A stretch of DNA of 62,713 nucleotides, counting the filler. It is 6 parts of 6 records of this genome, joined end to end, with 100 filler letters (N's around TTAATTAATTAA, not from the genome) between each part and the next. Parts side by side here need not be neighbours in the genome. Positions count along the whole stretch, not along the records: positions 54,701 to 62,713 come from DRR723986_10354; 5 more parts are not named here. The stretch is one strand, 5' to 3'. Positions within the stretch are counted from its first letter, which is position 1. Every line of letters begins with the position of its first letter. Below, piece by piece: positions 61,801 through 62,713 of this stretch. Under the pieces are notes generated by a model, which saw only the letters and a list, made by a program, of their open reading frames with translations, was not told where the DNA came from and did not search any database. Position numbers and translations under genes: made by a program.

Positions 61801-62437
61801 TGATCAGCTCAATCAGATTCGGCGTGATATCGATGCAAAATGGATCTTCCCAGCGATCTTCAAACCAGCGACTTAGTGTCTCAGTGGCTGCGTGTTCCAG
61901 TACATCAATATTGAGTTCACCACTGCCCTGAAGCCCACGCATCGTCAAATTTGAACTTCCCAGGAAGGCCGTGCGTGGGTTGTCGGCGTCATCGCGGTGT
62001 GCTATATAAAGTTTGGCGTGCAGTGCGCCATGTGCATGCATTTTAACGCGAACCTTGCCGGATTCCATTTGCCGCCGCAGTTGCTGGAGCGCCCGCAGTT
62101 GCTCTTCGCTCTGTCCGCCAACCAGGAGCTGCTGCCTGTAGTCTTGTAGTAGCTTGTTGCGCTCGCGCACCACAGTCAGGCGGTCCAGCGGTCGCACGGA
62201 CCCCGTTGCATATAATCGCTCTACCTCGTGGCTCGGCTGAATATTGCGCCCCACAAGTAAGCGGCATTCCGCACCCTCACCGCCCACAAAATCTTCGACG
62301 ATATCGACCAGATGTCCCCAGCCGCGCAGGTTAAAATAGCCGACGCAAATATCTGCGCGATAGGCGTTGGCAAATGAGCTGCGGAGCGCTTCACCTAAAT
62401 TGAGCGAAATATTATCAAATATTCGGGGCATGGGCAC
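58853..62437 (-). CDS. PLD-family nuclease fused to SNF2-like SF2 helicase
   Basis: VGYFNL, LHAKLY, GSSNLT, ELN (PLD); LEFQ, DVVGLGKT, IDESHN, LSATP, FSQFADT, SEGQNLQ, QRAGRVDRIG (helicase motifs Q and I-VI). Confidence 0.92.
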   Translation of the reverse strand: MPMPRIFDNISLNLGEALRSSFANAYRADICVGYFNLRGWGHLVDIVEDFVGGEGAECRLLVGRNIQPSHEVERLYATGSVRPLDRLTVVRERNKLLQDYRQQLLVGGQSEEQLRALQQLRRQMESGKVRVKMHAHGALHAKLYIAHRDDADNPRTAFLGSSNLTMRGLQGSGELNIDVLEHAATETLSRWFEDRWEDPFCIDITPNLIELIKHSWGGDTVIPPYHIYLKMIHQLSRQAREGIRSFSIPRVFRDTLLEFQEKAVQIAAQYLNERRGVLIGDVVGLGKTMMASALIRIMLDDCGFRTLILCPANLEKMWQSYDEAYGLGATIMSTAKVTKKLGELAGMYQVILIDESHNLRNREGKRYAAIRDFINQHGSRCILLSATPYNKTYLDLSNQLRLFVDEKADLGVRPEEMLRVQYRGGERFALKEQKDARTLEAFEMSEFAADWRLLISQFMVRRTRSFIKKYYAKRDANGEFYLEFSNGSRARIPKRRAARLEFYSDADDPEDRYARLYSEAVVDVISDLALPRYGLGNYVKENLLDITTDEKRIIRDLTTGGRRLIGFSRTNLFKRLESSGEAFLISIQRHVARNRVFVHALEHDLEIPIGTQDAAMLFDTRQEDVDANVLDFVPLDSAPDDDADSANPRRTSGRDKRQAGVAATGAKNGSETRNGAGAGSGATSGKQGREQYNLALLQEIIGREEELHSHQPGDVEDIKRRNAGVTYEFYAKERRHKFRWLRAELFNKQLLKDLLDDCHALEALLQEQGAWQAAYDNKLQALLHLIRHQHPNEKILVFSQFADTITYLDKHLRPVLEDHELGAVSGVKGDPATAVQRFSPRSNNASGKITPQEEHRVLLATDMLSEGQNLQDAHIIVNFDLPWAIIRLIQRAGRVDRIGQQSGEILCYTFWPAAGVEQIITLRERLQERLAQNAEVVGADEIFFNDQADAKPLHDLYNESSGILDDEDDDDNDLVSQALGIWDEAIKRDPSLAKTIPALPDKSFSARHLESAEETDGLLVYVQTGASNYGLVRLDSAGEVITESHTDILRMAACRPDTAAAPRAANHFELVNQAVNVLENKQGFRAGQLGPANATRRRLYDRVKNMIDYSDTLFNTLPDEELRSLQQILEALYNAPLHEQARRAMARQLRAKIDNVTLKAMLLELHEDARLVRTLAETENFSSKIICSLGLIKS

Positions 62438-62629
62438 TTATTGTCGAATCGGCACGCAAGGCGGCTACGAGGGGAAGGGCAGCAAATCTGTGCCCCGACT
62501 GGAAACCGCAATATACGCGAACTCAGTGGAAGACTCCAGCCTGAAGCCACCAACATCATTGCGTTTTTACAAAAAGCAGCAATGCCGTCCTTGCCCCACA
62601 AGCGCAAAATATATCTATTTCAGGTCGCT

Positions 62630-62686
62630 CCCCCCCCCCCAAAAAAAACAGATCGCCCCTGATCGCCCCAGATCGCCCCTGATCGC
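62630..62686. repeat. C11 and A8 homopolymers followed by a 10-bp tandem repeat (GATCGCCCCW x3.6)
   Basis: Read directly from the sequence near the contig end. Confidence 0.85.
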
Positions 62687-62713
62687 TTTGAGCCCGGCTC
62701 TCCACTTGCAGTG

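Noticed and set aside
54730-62437. Calling the locus BREX or DISARM
   Set aside because: No pglZ/brxC or drmA/drmB genes in the contig, and the PLD is fused to the helicase; cannot be assigned from what is visible
62651-62686. Possible CRISPR array
   Set aside because: 10-bp units with no spacers and no cas genes; a simple tandem repeat

Overview
This window is not one locus. It is six unrelated contigs joined by five artificial 100-bp linkers (N44-TTAATTAATTAA-N44, stops in all six frames). (1) 1-10387: Hyphomonadaceae-like alphaproteobacterial DNA with tRNA-Thr, metG, an acyl-CoA ligase, two paralogous TPR-like lipoproteins and partial dxs. (2) 10488-22943: roseobacter-like DNA with an osmC-mddA/HxlR module, a saccharopine-pathway operon containing a SemiSWEET gene, ada and partial rmuC. 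(3) 23044-34679: Marinobacter-like gammaproteobacterial DNA. It starts with a 3' fragment of tRNA-Arg(CCG) (probable att site) and carries an lva-like (levulinate/4-hydroxyacid) catabolic cluster with a PrpR/LvaR-type activator, two sigma54 promoters, an extra histidine phosphatase and a DcaP porin. (4) 34780-44936: Roseibium/Labrenzia-like housekeeping region (dnaK-dnaJ-pmtA, hslVU, nfuA, tsaB-rimI-fur-olsA-miaB). (5) 45037-54600: roseobacter-like housekeeping region (argG, ilvA, Hpt plus REC-PP2C, hslO, cca, ABC transporter). (6) 54701-62713: a two-gene candidate defence system. A PLD-nuclease/SNF2-helicase fusion is followed by a type IIG/Eco57I-like adenine methyltransferase that has a low-GC target-recognition region and a C-terminal Schlafen/AlbA_2 domain with intact nuclease motifs. 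Segment 6 is the best candidate for an undescribed system, and the lva variant is second. Taxonomic labels are impressions from gene content and synteny, not search results.
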